Below are positions 29,831 to 42,622 of a stretch of DNA of 64,000 nucleotides, in pieces; within the stretch, counting starts at the first letter, position 1; every line of letters starts with the position of its first letter. Source of the DNA: Eledone cirrhosa (Eukaryota); contig CAXHJY010001268.1 of NCBI GenBank assembly GCA_964016885.1, positions 10,979 to 74,978 of the forward strand. The letters are read 5' to 3'. Below the pieces are notes generated by a model, which searched no databases, was not told where the DNA came from, and saw only the letters and a list, made by a program, of their open reading frames with translations. The position numbers and the translations under genes are program-made.

Positions 29831-30141
29831 TGCAAGTCAGTCATTTCTTTGCATGGGTTTTTGTCCATTCTAAAAAGTTAAAATGATAAAGTATTACTAC
29901 TATATAACTTACATCTATTGTTGTAACACCATTGAAATGCACAAGTTTCACTAATTCACTATTATGCACTAATCATCTCAAATGCATTCATGATTAACTA
30001 GCTTTGTCATTAAGCCAGTTGCCTCAACTAGATTGCAATTATACTCAAAAGAACTTTAAAATGTCAATCACTTGTCAGTAATTCACTATGATCATTTAAG
30101 TATTAGATAGTTGTTGCTTGCATTGCCTTAAAAAATAGTAG

Positions 30142-31182
30142 ACCAGATAGAAAAATGCATACAGCAAAAAAAAGTAATATTGTTGGAATATAAACCTTTA
30201 AAAATACAGGACAAGAAACTAAAATAAAACTTTAAAAGAATAGGACAAGAAACTAAGATAAAACTTTAAAAGAATTGGACAAAAAACTAAGATAAAACTT
30301 TAAAGAATTGGACAAGAAATAAAAAATGTTACAATAATATTAGTGGCAACATTTTTTTATTCGTTTCCTGTGCTATGCCCCAGTATTTTCTTGATTAGTG
30401 CATAATAATTGTCATGCTCTCATTGTGCGTTGCCCCTGAGCGGTTGGTTCTGGTTGGGGTTGGTTGGCTGAGCAGTTCTGCTCCGTCAGAATGACCATTG
30501 CAAGAAGAATTGGCCGATGCAGCTGCAGGTCTCCTCCAAGAATGCACTTCTGGTCCCACAACACCAGACGAAGATGGAGAAGACGACCGGGACAAGATGT
30601 CGACTCTGACCACCGACTACGGGACCTCCCTCAACCACCGGTCCTCCCTTCCTCTGTCCCGTCATCCCTCCAGTCCTCCTGCTCCCCCTTCCTGTACCAG
30701 AAAGCTGTGGCACGCATTCATCTGGACTGCTGGACTTGAACTCAAGGACAAGATGCAAGGAGAAGATGGATGGGTTGGTCAAGATCAAGGATGAGCGGGA
30801 CGACAAGATCTGTGCTCATGGGCCCATGGGTCCATTCACATTATGCATGACACATGAGGCGTGTCGCCGAATGATGAAATAGGGGTATGGTTATGGCCCA
30901 ATTGGTGTTCAAACCAGGATCAAATGATCCCCCCGGTTTGACGACGGCCTCTGAATGTGGAACCCAGAGCCTATGAATGTGGAACTCGATTTTTTACCAA
31001 TAAAAATTTTGCCACTAATATTATTGTAACCTTTTTTATTTCTTGTCCAATTCTTTAAAGTTTTATCTTAGTTTCTTGTCCTATTCTTTTAAAGTTTTAT
31101 TTTAGTTTCTTGTCCTGTATTTTTAAAGGTTTATATTCCAACAATATTACTTTTTTTTGCTGTATGCATTTTTCTATCTGGT
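30142..31182. mobile_element. Non-autonomous TIR element with ~200-bp subrepeated TIRs and GC-rich interior
   Basis: accagatagaaaaatgcatacagc... and its reverse complement ending at 31182; ~34-bp ggacaagaaa subrepeats. Confidence 0.88.
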
Positions 31183-31278
31183 ATACATTATGTATATATA
31201 CATTATGTATATATATATATATATACATTATGTATATATATATATATATACATTATGTATATATATATATATATACAT

Positions 31279-31317
<39 letters not shown>

Positions 31318-31621
31318 TATGTATATATATACTGCTGGGGGCCAGTATTGCAGTGGTAATAATTGTTTCTACTATTGGCATAAGGCCAGCAATTATCCCA
31401 GTGCATTACTGGTACTTTATTTTATCAACCCCGTAAGGATGAAAGGCTAAGTTAACTTCAGTGGGATTTGAACTCAGACCATAAAGGGGCGTAACTCTAT
31501 GCTGCAAAGCATGGCATCTGACCCTCTACCGATACTGCCAATCCACTGCCTACTGCTAGTAATAATGGTGTCGTATCTGCTGTTAACTTTTTGACCAACC
31601 GGATGAAAGCTTCCTCACCAA

Positions 31622-31710
31622 TGGGATCCAAGCACTGCAACACCAATGGAAGAAGTGTGTGGACCGCAAGGAAGACTGTTGAAAAATAAACCTTATTTGG
31701 TCATAGTCCA
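31622..31710 (+). mobile_element. Mariner transposase C-terminal relic
   Basis: GIQALQHQWKKCVDRKED then a small deletion and EK*, resembling the mariner RW.KC....GDY.EK end. Confidence 0.6.
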
Positions 31711-32018
31711 TGCTCTTCTAGGCATGTAATGTAATGTGTGTATTTAATGTGTAATGTGTATATTACATGTGTAATGTAATGTGTGTATGAATGGTGGAGC
31801 ACAGATGAACTGAGAGATAAAATTATAAAAAAATTATAATCTTTTTAAAAACCATCTCAAATATATTTATACATGTGTTGTAGTATTTCCTCTGATAGAA
31901 TACCTCCATGTGAACATTTATACATGTTGTAGTATTATGTTCTCTATCTGTCTTCCAATAGATTACCCCCATGTGAACATTTATCCATGTATTATTTTCC
32001 CTATTTGTCTTCCAATAG

Positions 32019-32156
32019 ATTACCACCATGTGGTTGTATCCTGTGATCATATTTCTGAATTAGTGCACTGCCTGCGCTCTCATCTCAGCCTCAGCTGCCA
32101 AATGGATCAACATCTGCCTCTCTTTCTCATTGCTCCCATTCGTAGAATCATTGTTG
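32019..32156 (+). CDS. HTT: Huntingtin exon (DYHHVVVSCDHISELVHCL...LPLFLIAPIRRIIV)
   Basis: aatag|AT...G|gtaat; resembles human ACEMVAEMVESLQS...VPAFLTPLLRNIII; alternative in-frame acceptors at 31962 and 31899. Confidence 0.88.
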
Positions 32157-33041
32157 GTAATGTATAGCCTCTCTCTTTCTCTCTCTCTCTCTCTCTCTGT
32201 ATATGTATATATAACAGAATGCTGGACTGGGGGCTGCCTTCCCACACTAGAACAGTTTTTTACAGACAGTCTCCAAGTCAAATTTTCATTTTTCAATTTC
32301 CTATTCTCTTTGCCCTATCTTCCATGATAAGTATGGGTTCTACATAACCCTGTTGTGTAATTCTGTCAAAGTCACCTGATGAGATCGTCTTGGCTAGCAT
32401 CATAAATGGATGATGGAGCTGGGCCATTGAAATATGTATAGTGGTTTAATGAAATTAAAATTTACAGCATATCTTCCAGTCCAGGCATTTTAAATACTTT
32501 ACTCCATCCCTGCACCAACCCTGGATACCACATCTACGATGGATGACATGCATAATGTTGAGTGCTTTATTAATTCATTGCATCACGATTTGCCTACCAG
32601 CAGGTTTCTAATTTGGGGGAAAGGGAAAGTTGATTAAATCAATCCCAGTGCATTACTGGTACTTTATTTTATCAACCCAGTAAGGATGAAAAGCAAAGTT
32701 AACTTCAGTGGGATTTGAACTCAATCCGTGCTACCAATAATAATAATTATTATCTCTATATATATGCCCCTTTCTTTTTCCTGCCTAACTCTCTGCCTTT
32801 TCTTTGTTGTATGCATGTGTGTGTATATATCATAAATGATAAATTACTTATAATTTTGGCTAATAACCTTAGATTTCAGAGCCAATACCATTTTCTATCT
32901 GTACCCATATACTTTATATAATAATGTTCATGCCATCATGGAAAATAAGCTGTAAAATAGTGTTTTTTTTTTTTTCATTTAATTATCATTTAAGATTGAG
33001 TTTTTATTTATTTCCTATTTAAAAAAAAAAAAAATTGTCAG

Positions 33042-33218
33042 GTCTTGCACGGCTCCCTTTGTTGAACAGCTATGCCCGAACACCACCCCTCGTCTGGAAG
33101 ATGGGCTGGATGCCCTCACCAAGTGGAGAAATGCGAACCAAGTTACCCCCATTACCATTAGACTATCTGCTGGACAAAGAAGTCTTGAAAGAATTTGTCT
33201 TCAGAGTGAATTCTTTAG
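33042..33218 (+). CDS. HTT: Huntingtin exon (GLARLPLLNSYARTPPLVWKMGW...KEVLKEFVFRVNSL)
   Basis: Strong match to human [23 protein letters not shown]...KEVFKEFIYRINTLG; gtcag|GT...G|gtttg. Confidence 0.97.
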
Positions 33219-33230
33219 GTTTGTTTACAT

Positions 33231-34555
33231 ATTATTATTACTGTGTTATTCCATTTAGCTCAGTTCTGTTTCTCTATTGCCGGGTTCAGACCTTGAACCT
33301 AGGACAATAGATGTTTTCATTGTAGGGAGAGAACTCGTCTGAGAATATGTGCTGTTCCTAGTAGCCCGATCTTCTGTAGCTCATATTTGCTGATCTTGCA
33401 GGGAAGGACGCTAAGGTGCAGGTCTGATGATTTGGGTATTAATCCTAATGCTCCTATTACCACATGGATAGTGTTTGTGGTCATTCTCCACATGCGGTTG
33501 ATCTCCATTTCCAAGTTTTTGTACTTTTGACAGTTTTTCCATTGTTTTTACAGATGTATTCTTGTCAACTGGCACAGAAATATCTATAAGGCTACATGTC
33601 CGATCTGTTTTTTTTTTTTATGATGATATCTGGTCTGTTGGCAGCGGTTTGCTGGTCACTTATGATAGGCATATCCCACAAGATGGATATGGTGCCCTTT
33701 TCCATACTTTTTTTGGTTGATGTTCATACTATTTGTCAAAAGTTTGGATGTAATGAAAACTGCAGAGCATCCAGTGCACATATTTGGTAATGTGGTTGTG
33801 TCTTTCGATATAGTCAGTTTTTACCAGCTCTGGACACCCAGAGATAACATGATCTACTGTTTCTTCATATTTGTAGCATAATCTGCATAGAGGGCTAGTC
33901 CTATCTTTCACTATTCTGTGTCTATAGGCCTGAGTGTTTATAGATTGGTCTTGTGCAGCAACTAAGAGTTCCTCAGTCTCTGCTTTCAAACCAACACTTC
34001 TGAGCCAGGATAGTGAGCCATGCTGATCGATATCATTGTCAGAAAGTCATTCTAGGAATCTACCATGTAGTAGTTTTACCAAAATTTGCTTGCCTCTTTT
34101 GTTATTGAGTGTAATTTTTTAATTCATTCATGCTTGAGTACAGGCTTAAGTTCATCTCGGGTGTGGTGGAGGTAGCTATCCAATCCAGTTGTTGCTGTAT
34201 ATCTCCTTGAGATATACAGCCTATGTGCATTGGCTTTAGGGTGGTGCATTTTTTCTGTTGTCAATAGTTTGCTGGTCTTAGTGTCTATCCTTTGTAGTTC
34301 TTGCAGGTTTCAGTTTATGATGTTAAAGATGTATGTTACCACTGGTACTGCTAGACTCTTAATGGCTTTGAACTTGTTGCAGAAGTTTAGCTCAATTTTT
34401 GTTACCTGTTTCACTCTCCTTATGTACTCCTTCTGTATCTTTTCCTTCATGCTTGCATGCTGGATTCCATCTCCTTCATTAATTCCAAGATATTTGTAGA
34501 ATTCTTCATTGTTAACTTCCTTTATAGTGGTTTGTTAGTCTATGACAATATCTTT
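33231..34555 (-). mobile_element. R4/Dong-like (RLE-type) non-LTR retrotransposon, 3' fragment
   Basis: AAQDQ, CCHC knuckle CRLC...ETVDHVISGC, ERHN, NRPDI...D, K..KY..L, VVIGALG; ends in (TAA)n. Confidence 0.88.
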
Positions 34556-37011
34556 CATCATCATCAGCATCACCGTTTTACATTCGTTCTTCCATGCTAG
34601 CATGGGTTAGATGGGTTGTCCTGTTGTGGGCAGTGTCTGGTCGGCTGACCATGCCTTGTTCATACAGGAACTGATTTTGGCTTGATTTCTACCTAAGACC
34701 AACCTCATTTACAGTGAGTGCTGGGTGCTTTTTTCGTGGTGCCTACACGTCCACTTTACAGTGTGGGCTGGGTGCTTTTTTGCCGTGGCACCTCCACGAC
34801 CACTTTGCAGTGGGAGGGTGTGGGGGCATATTGTCTATATGCTTCAGCTTGTACCCATGTACTCCAGCTCGTACCCATACTCTGTATTACTGCGTGACGC
34901 CAGAGGTCACGGTCGTGTGTCATTGCCTTTGAGAGGTGTAATTGGGTAAGGTCGGCTTTTATCACCTCATCCCAGGTCTTCTTGGGTCTCCCCACTCCGT
35001 GGTTTCCATTGACTTCTAGTGCTCTGCACCTTTTTATGCAGCTGTCATCCTTCATATGCATCACATGTCCATACCAACACAACCGCCTCTCTTGCACACT
35101 GCATTTGATTCCTCTTATGCTCAGTCTCTCTCTCAATTCATTTATGCTTTGCCATTCGCGTATATTACTATTACACATCCATCGGAGCATGCAGGCTTCG
35201 TTTCTTTCTAATCTACGTAAGTCTTCCACCTTCAGCGCCCAGGTCTTGCTACCATGTAACATTGCTGTTCGGATACACGCATCATACAGTCTGCCTTTCA
35301 TTTTGAGGGAGAAGCCTTTTGCAGCTAGCAGTAGCAGTAGTTCCCTGAACTTCTTCCATCCCGTTCTTACCCTAGTTATTGTACTTTCTGAACACCCACC
35401 TCCGCTGCTAATTCGGTCACCTAGGTAGCAGAAGCTGTCTACTGTTTCTACAGAGCCCTCCCAGAGATTGGTGGTACTTGTTTCCTGTGGCTGTTTGATG
35501 CTTGCTGTCCCAGCACAGCTGCTACATGTGAAGCCTACATTCTTAATTAAGCTTCCCGAGATCCCACTACATCTCTTGTGTACCCATTGTTTGCATTTGG
35601 GGCAGAGAATAGAGTTCCTACCTACACCTTTCCTACATACTGAGCAAGGCCATTTCCCTGAGGGGATCTGGGTTCTGTTTTCTCGTCTACTTACAAGGAC
35701 CTTAGTCTTTGTCATGTTGACTTTGAGACCCTTTCTTTCTAGTCCCTGCTTCCAAGTTTGGAATTTCTTCTCTAGTTCTACCATAGATTCAGCTATAAGT
35801 GCGAGGTCATCTGCATACAGGAGTTCCCATGGGCATCCAGTCTTAAACTCCTCCGTTATTGCCTGCAGGACTATGATGAACAGGAGAGGGCTAAGAACAG
35901 AGTCCTGGTGGACACCAACCTGTACGCTAAATTCCTCGCTATACTCATTGCTAATCCTAACTTTGCTGACTGCTCCCCTATACATGGCTTGTACAGCTTT
36001 CACAAGCCATTCATCTACTCCTAGTTTTCTAAGAGCCCACCAGATTATAGCACATGGAACTCTGTCAAAGTCTTTCTCGAGATCGACAAATGCCAGGTAG
36101 AGTGGCTTACTTTTAGCTAGGTACTTTTCTTGTAACTGCCTCACAAGGAAGAGGGCATCAGTGGTGCCTCTTCCTGGTACAAACCCAAATTGCATCTCAT
36201 CTAGTTTCACCCGGTCCCTAATCAACTGTGCTATAACTCTTTCTGTTACTTTCATGACCTGGTCCATCAGCTTTATACCTCTATAGTTTCCTCTATCTAG
36301 TGCATCACCTTTACCTTTGTAGCAGTTGACAATGATGCTACTGCACCAATCTTTTGGTATGACACCTTCTAGTATTACCTGGTTAACAATACGTGTGGTT
36401 ATAGTGTGACCTACAGACCCAGATGCCTTCAGCATCTCGGCAGCTATACCCGATCCTTCCCCATCTTTATAACTTTGATTGCCTTACTTACTACGCTGCT
36501 GCTGACTTGTACTGCTGGCCCTTCTATAGGGTCTACTTGGGGTAGGGTCTCTTCTTCCCATGCATTCTCCTCATTTAGTAATCTATCATAATGGCTCGTC
36601 CATGCACCTTTCTTCTCAGCACTTGTGAGGGCAAGCTCACCTACCTTTATCATTCCGGATACACTTCTCTCCAATGACATCACAATTCTCTCTGACACAC
36701 TGCCTTGCAATCTTGAACACCTCCTGTTTCTGGTCCTCACGTTGCAAGACATGCTTGAATTTTCTATCTTCTGCTTCCCTCCTAGCTAAGTATACTTGTC
36801 GCTTAGCTTCCCTCTTGGTCTCTATGTAATGTACCCTGCTTTCCCCATTCTTCCATTCTTTCCATGCCTATCTCTTGACCTTAACTGCCTCATCTACCTT
36901 ATTGTTCCACCACCAAGTCACTCTCCTCCTGCTTGTGGTCTTACTCCAGCCACAGATCTCATCCGTCGCCTCTAGTAAGTTATTTTTTAGGAACTCCCAG
37001 TGCTCTTCTAC
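34556..37011 (-). mobile_element. 5'-truncated RTE LINE, family B, frameshifted
   Basis: ORFs 34756-36435 and 36444-36752 closely match the intact copy; (ATG)n tail. Confidence 0.95.
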
Positions 37012-37013
37012 AT

Positions 37014-37460
37014 ATTATTATTATTGTTATTATTTGACTATTTATCACTTCCAACTTTGATGTTGGTTTGGGCCAGTTCTTTTAGGGAATACCAGACTAC
37101 AACTAGTATCCCAGGGTAACTCCAACATTTTCATAGCATTTCTTGTCATTTCAATATTGCTGGTAGTCCAGAACCATTCTCAATATTTGAGCTGTTCCCA
37201 GTAGGCATGTCTTCTAGAGAAGTTCACTCCCTAGTGCAAAGTCAGTCTCTGACAATTCTTAAGGTTCTTTGACACTATACCAAGAGCACCAATCATTGTC
37301 TTCACTTTATTACTCTAGGATTTCAAGATCTCATTTTTAGGAAGGTATAAACCCCTATTTTCTCCTTCTCTTTTCATTCAATTCTGGTGTCAAAAGCACA
37401 TACTACATCTATGAGGGTAGAGAGTCTCTCCTTCTTTTCAATTACAACATTATCTTGTAT
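37014..37460 (-). mobile_element. Second, older R4/Dong-like 3' end
   Basis: MIGALGIVSKNL motif followed by (TAA)n. Confidence 0.6.
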
Positions 37461-37926
37461 GCTCAGTCGCTTAACACCACGGAAATCGGGATAAGCACCG
37501 GACAGATGAACTGCTGGGCTCGAGACAGACTTTAGACTTTTTCTTTAGAGTTGCATTTGCATCACACCAATCAATAAACACTGGTGTAATCAGTATTAAG
37601 CACTCCATAATGTAAAAACAAAGTTTAATATAGAAATGGCTTCTACAGGAAAGCTTTCCTGATGGATTCTTTTGAATGAAACAGTTCTAGTCTCGTAGAA
37701 GCCATTTCTATATTATAGTTGTTTGCACTCTATAGTTGTTTACACTCTACTAATGTATTGAATACCTTACTAACTGTGGCTACCCCCAATTGAACCCTTA
37801 TATATTTCTTTATTGTACTGTGTTGTCTGCTTTGTTATTTCTGTTTACTTTTTACACACACACACACACACACACGCACGCGATCTGTTCTGTGTCTCTT
37901 CTTGAAATACAATTTCTATGTTATAG

Positions 37927-38024
37927 GTTGGATTAGTCGACAACAGTTTGAAGAAACCTGGATGAGTTTGTTGGGTGTAGTCAGTTCTGCACCCTCCATG
38001 GAAGAGGAACACCTTTCTCCAGAG
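37927..38024 (+). CDS. HTT: Huntingtin exon (GWISRQQFEETWMSLLGVV...SPE)
   Basis: Matches human GWTSRTQFEETWATLLGVL; tatag|GT...GAG|gtagg. Confidence 0.97.
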
Positions 38025-38292
38025 GTAGGCTTTTTTTTTTGTCAAAAATGTCTTTTCTAGAGTCTTGAGAACTGAAAATGTCTCTTCAAGAGTATTATGT
38101 AGACCCTTCAAAAGACGCGGCAACTTATCTCTGTATTCTATATGACTGTTCATAAGCAGGAAGCAGGATGCAGACCTCCTTGGCCTGTCTGGGATGTCAT
38201 TAGCTCTGCTTCAATACTGTCTTGGTCTATGTAGACCTATCCAACCAGGGAAAGCAGATGTTAAATGATGATGATATATATATATCATCATC

Positions 38293-40420
38293 AAATTTAA
38301 AAGCATAGTACTTAATGTTTTTGACAGTAAGAAAGAGCAATTAGAGACGTACAATATAGAGGAACAGTGGGAATTCTTGAAAGTTAACCTGCTGAAGGCG
38401 ACAAATGAAATCTGTGGCTGGAGAAGACTTATAGGTAGGAGGAGAATAACTTGGTGGTGGAACAGTAAGGTGGAGGAGTCAATCAAGGCCAAAAAGCAGG
38501 CTTGGAAAGTATGGCAGGATTGGGGAAGTAGAGAACACTATCAAGTGGCCAGGAGAGAAGCTAGGAGCAAATTGTACTTTGCAAGAAGGGAAGCAGAGGA
38601 AAGAAAGTTCAAGCATGTTCTACAACGCGGGGACCAAAAACGTGAGGTGTTCAGGATTGCAAGACAATGTGTCAAAGAAAACTGTGATATTGTCGGAGAA
38701 GTGTGTCCGTAATGATGATGGTGTACTTGCCCTCACTGATGCTGATAAGAAGGTAGCTTGGAAGTGTCACTATGAGAGACTACTAAATGTGAGGAGAATA
38801 AATGGGAAAAAGATAGTCTGCCCCAAATCAATCCAATAGAAGGACCAGCGGTGCAAGTTAAAGGTAGTATAATAAGTGAGGCAATCAAAGATATGATGAC
38901 AGGCAAGGCAGCTGGGCCTTCGGAGATAGTTGCTGAGATGTTGAAGGCATCTGGAATGGTGGGACATACTATGGTCACCCGTATAGTAAACCAAGTAATA
39001 CAGAATGGGGTCATACCATAAGACTGACGTAGCAGCCTCATCATTAACTGCTACAAGGGTAAAGGAGATGCTCTAGATAGGGGAAACTATAGAGGCCCAT
39101 GGGAACTCCTATATGCTGATGATCTAACTCCGATGGCTGAACTAGAGAAGAAATTCCAAACATGGAAGCATGGCCTAGAATCAAAAGGCCTTAACGTTAA
39201 CTTGTCTAAGACTAAAGTTCTAGTATGTAGAAAGGAAAATAGGGCACAGGTGCCCTCTGGGAAATGGCCATGCTCAGTGTGTAGGAAAGGAGTAGGCAGA
39301 AATTCCAATTTATGTCCCAAATGCAAACTATGGGTACATAAAAGATGTAGTGGGATCACAGATAAACTATCTAAGAACGTAGATGTTATATGTGGCCGAT
39401 GCTCAGGTGCAATAAGTAGCAGGTGCCCACAGGATACTAGCTCCTTCTATTGCCCAGATGGTTTCTATAGAAATAGTGGACACCTTCCGTTACCTGGGTG
39501 ACAAAATCAGCAGTGGTGGAGGGTGTTCTGAAAGTACAGTAGCCAGAATCAGAACGGGATGGAAAAAGTTCAGAGAGCTTATGCCGTTGTTGGCCACAAA
39601 AGGTTTCTCTTTAAAAATGAAAGGCAGATTGTATGAGGCCTGCATACAAACAGCAATGTTACATGGTAGTGAGACATGGGTATTGTGTGCAGAGGACCTG
39701 CGTAGACTGGAGAGGAATGAAGCATGCATGCTCCGTTGGATGTGTAATAGTAATATACGCGAACGGCAAAGCATAAATGAACTAAGTGAGAAATTAAGAA
39801 TGAGAGGGATCAGATGCTGTTTACTCGAGAGATGACTACGTTGGTATGGTCACGTGATGCGCATGAAAGACGACAGCTGTATAAAAAAGTGCAGGGCGAT
39901 CAAAATTGATGGAAGTTATGGAGTAGGTAGACCCAGAAAAACCTGGGACGATTTGATAAATTCCGACCTTACACACTTACACCTCTCCATGACAATGTTA
40001 CTGGACCGAGATCTTTGGCGCTACGCAGTAATACAGAAGACTTGCCTTGCCTATGTACAAGGCGAAACCTACAGTCAGTAGGCACCTCTTAACCAAATAT
40101 ACACCCCCATCCCACTGCCTCTACTCCACCCCCCACAACACCACCCTTTCTCTGTAAAGTTATGTTGGTACCACAACATCCAGTTCAAACTAAATGAGGT
40201 CGTGTAGGTGTCATGACCAAAAAACACACAGTCCAGTCCACGCTGTAATGTGGCCGTGTAGGTGAAAACCTCCCAGTCCACACTGTAAACATGGTTAGTG
40301 TTAGGAAGAGCATCCAGCCGTAGAAAACCTGCCAGACAGTCCTATACGAGCGAGACACGGTCACCTGACCAATCTTGCCTCAAGTGGGACAATTTCCATC
40401 AAACCCATGCTAGCATCAAA
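38293..40420 (+). mobile_element. 5'-truncated RTE LINE, family C, with internal RT deletion
   Basis: Fragmented ORFs 38377-40081; deletion near 39095 joins YRG to PWELLYADD; PHD retained. Confidence 0.93.
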
Positions 40421-40433
40421 GATAGACATATAT

Positions 40434-40785
40434 ATTCATTTCATTTCATTTCATCATCATTTCATTTTACGTCCGCTTTTCCCTGCTTGCAAGGGTGGGA
40501 CGGGAACTGATTCTGGCTTGATTTCTACAGCTGGATGCCCTTCCTAACACCAACCTCATTTACAGTGAGTGCTGGGTGCTTTTTTGCCGTGGCACCTCCA
40601 CGACCACTTTGCAGTGGAATGATATGGACCCCAGTCCCTATCATCTCATTTCTACAGCTGAGTAAACTGGAGCAATGTGAAATAAAGTGTCTTGCTCAAG
40701 GAAACAACACATCACCCGGTCTGAGAATTGAACTCACAACCTTTCGATTGCAAGGCCAATGCTCTAACCACTAAGCCATGTGCAT
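40434..40785 (-). mobile_element. tRNA-head/CORE-like SINE with RTE-derived 3' tail
   Basis: tggcttagtggttagagc...gagttcaattct head, ccttgagcaagacacttt body, then RTE 3'UTR sequence and tail. Confidence 0.82.
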
Positions 40786-41189
40786 ATATATATCATCGAC
40801 TATTACTACTACTACTACTACTATAACCACTACAACTATTACATTACTGCCACTACTACTACTATTACTACAACCACTCATATTATTATTATTATTGTTA
40901 TTATAGGAGTGATGGGTTGGCAGTATCAGCAGACGTCTGACATATTTTACAGGATGTAATTATGGCTTTTTACATTCTGAGTTCAAATCCCACCGAGGGC
41001 AGCTTTGCTTTTCATCCTTACGGGAGTCGATAAAATAAAGTACCAGTAATGCACTGGGGTTGATTTAATCAACTTTCCCTGTTTCCAAAATTGTTGGCCT
41101 TGTGCCTAAATCAGATGTCGATGGGGTGCAGCCAAAACACTGATCTGACCTAGGTATAAAATTAGATATAAATTATACAATTTATGCCT

Positions 41190-41613
41190 ATCATCATTGT
41201 TTAATGATCATTTTCCACGCTAGCATGGGTTAGACGGGTTGTCCCATTAGAGGCAAGTTGGGTCAGGTGACTGTGTCTTGTTCATATAGAACTGTTTCTG
41301 GCTAGGTCTCTAGGGCTGGATGCTCTTCCTACCACCAACCACATTTGCAGTGTGTGCTGATCGTTTTTTGTCATGACATCTACATGAGCACTTTACAATA
41401 TCTACTGGGCTCTTTTTGTCGTGACACCTACACGACCACTTTACGAAGTGTACTGAGTGCTTTTTGTCATGGCGCCTACACGACCACTTTACAAAGTGTA
41501 CTGGGTACTTTTTGTCATGGCACCTACACGACCACTTTACAAAGTGTACTGGGTGTTTTTGTCATGACACCCACACGACTACTTTACAGTGTGGGTTGGG
41601 TGCTTTTTTTTTT
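41190..41613 (-). mobile_element. RTE-tail element with ~6 copies of a 48-bp module
   Basis: ctttacaaagtgtactgggt...acacgacca at 48-bp period. Confidence 0.85.
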
Positions 41614-41857
41614 ATGCATTCACTACATACAAGGTGTACCAAAAAGTGTATATTTCAAAAAACTATTTTTTAAACAAATGACCATATAGTCATGCAGTAT
41701 CTTGTACAATACATGTATAAATATAAATTTTTTTTTTTTTTTTATAACTTTTATAAATGTTTATAAAGTTATTTATATGTTGAGAATTTGTAAAAATTAT
41801 AAATAAAATCCAATAATTCTTTTTTTATTACGCCTGTATTTACTCTTATAATTTCAG

Positions 41858-42012
41858 GAAGAGATGGAAAGATCCCAAGCAATGGTTTTGGCAGTGAAAG
41901 CTATAACGTCTCTATTAGTGCAATCTATGTTAACACCTTCTCCTGGAAATCCCTCAAACAGTCGCTATGAAATGGCCCCGCGAGATAAACCCTTAGCATT
42001 TCTCCATACAAA
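41858..42012 (+). CDS. HTT: Huntingtin exon (EEMERSQAMVLAVKAITSLL...PGNP...PRDKPLAFLHT)
   Basis: Matches human ERTQINVLAVQAITSLV...GNP...PRNKPLKALDT; ttcag|GAA...AA|gtaac. Confidence 0.96.
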
Positions 42013-42622
42013 GTAACTCCTAAATTCTTAGAATCATTTTTATTTTATTTGTAAATGCTTTTTACTTGAGTTAATTTTTTAAACTTTTATGTATATGTTG
42101 TTTTTATGTAGTTTATTAAAAAAAAATTTTTTTTTCATTATTCTAACTAGCAGGTTTTTCTGCTAGCATGTATAGTGTGTATATTGATATTATACGCAAG
42201 TATATATACATATAGATATGATGCATCAAATAAAATTGTAATTGACAATATATTATACATAGAAATTGAACGAAGACTGCGTTACACTGTCTTATTTAAT
42301 CAGTAATGTAATCCATGATACATTTAAAAAGACGATATTATATACAAACTGCATTAGGAGAAAATTAGTATGTTTATTTAAGCGATGGCTAACCGGAAGT
42401 GATGACATTTCAGAAATTTTAAAGAAGTGAATCTTTAAATAAACAAAATATATTTAATCAACAGCCATGAAATTTAGTAGATAAATTATGTAATATTCAT
42501 TCATTATTTATTCAAAGTAATCCAACTTATTTTACTAATGGGATAAAAAATTATAAACCGTATGCAGTCCCGCACTCCTTACTTTATTATAGTTTAGATT
42601 AACCTAATTCATTACTATAATT

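Noticed and set aside
37627-37714. Hairpin with 20-bp perfect arms as a pre-miRNA
   Set aside because: Loop of about 48 nt and perfect arms fit a small TIR relic better; no expression evidence
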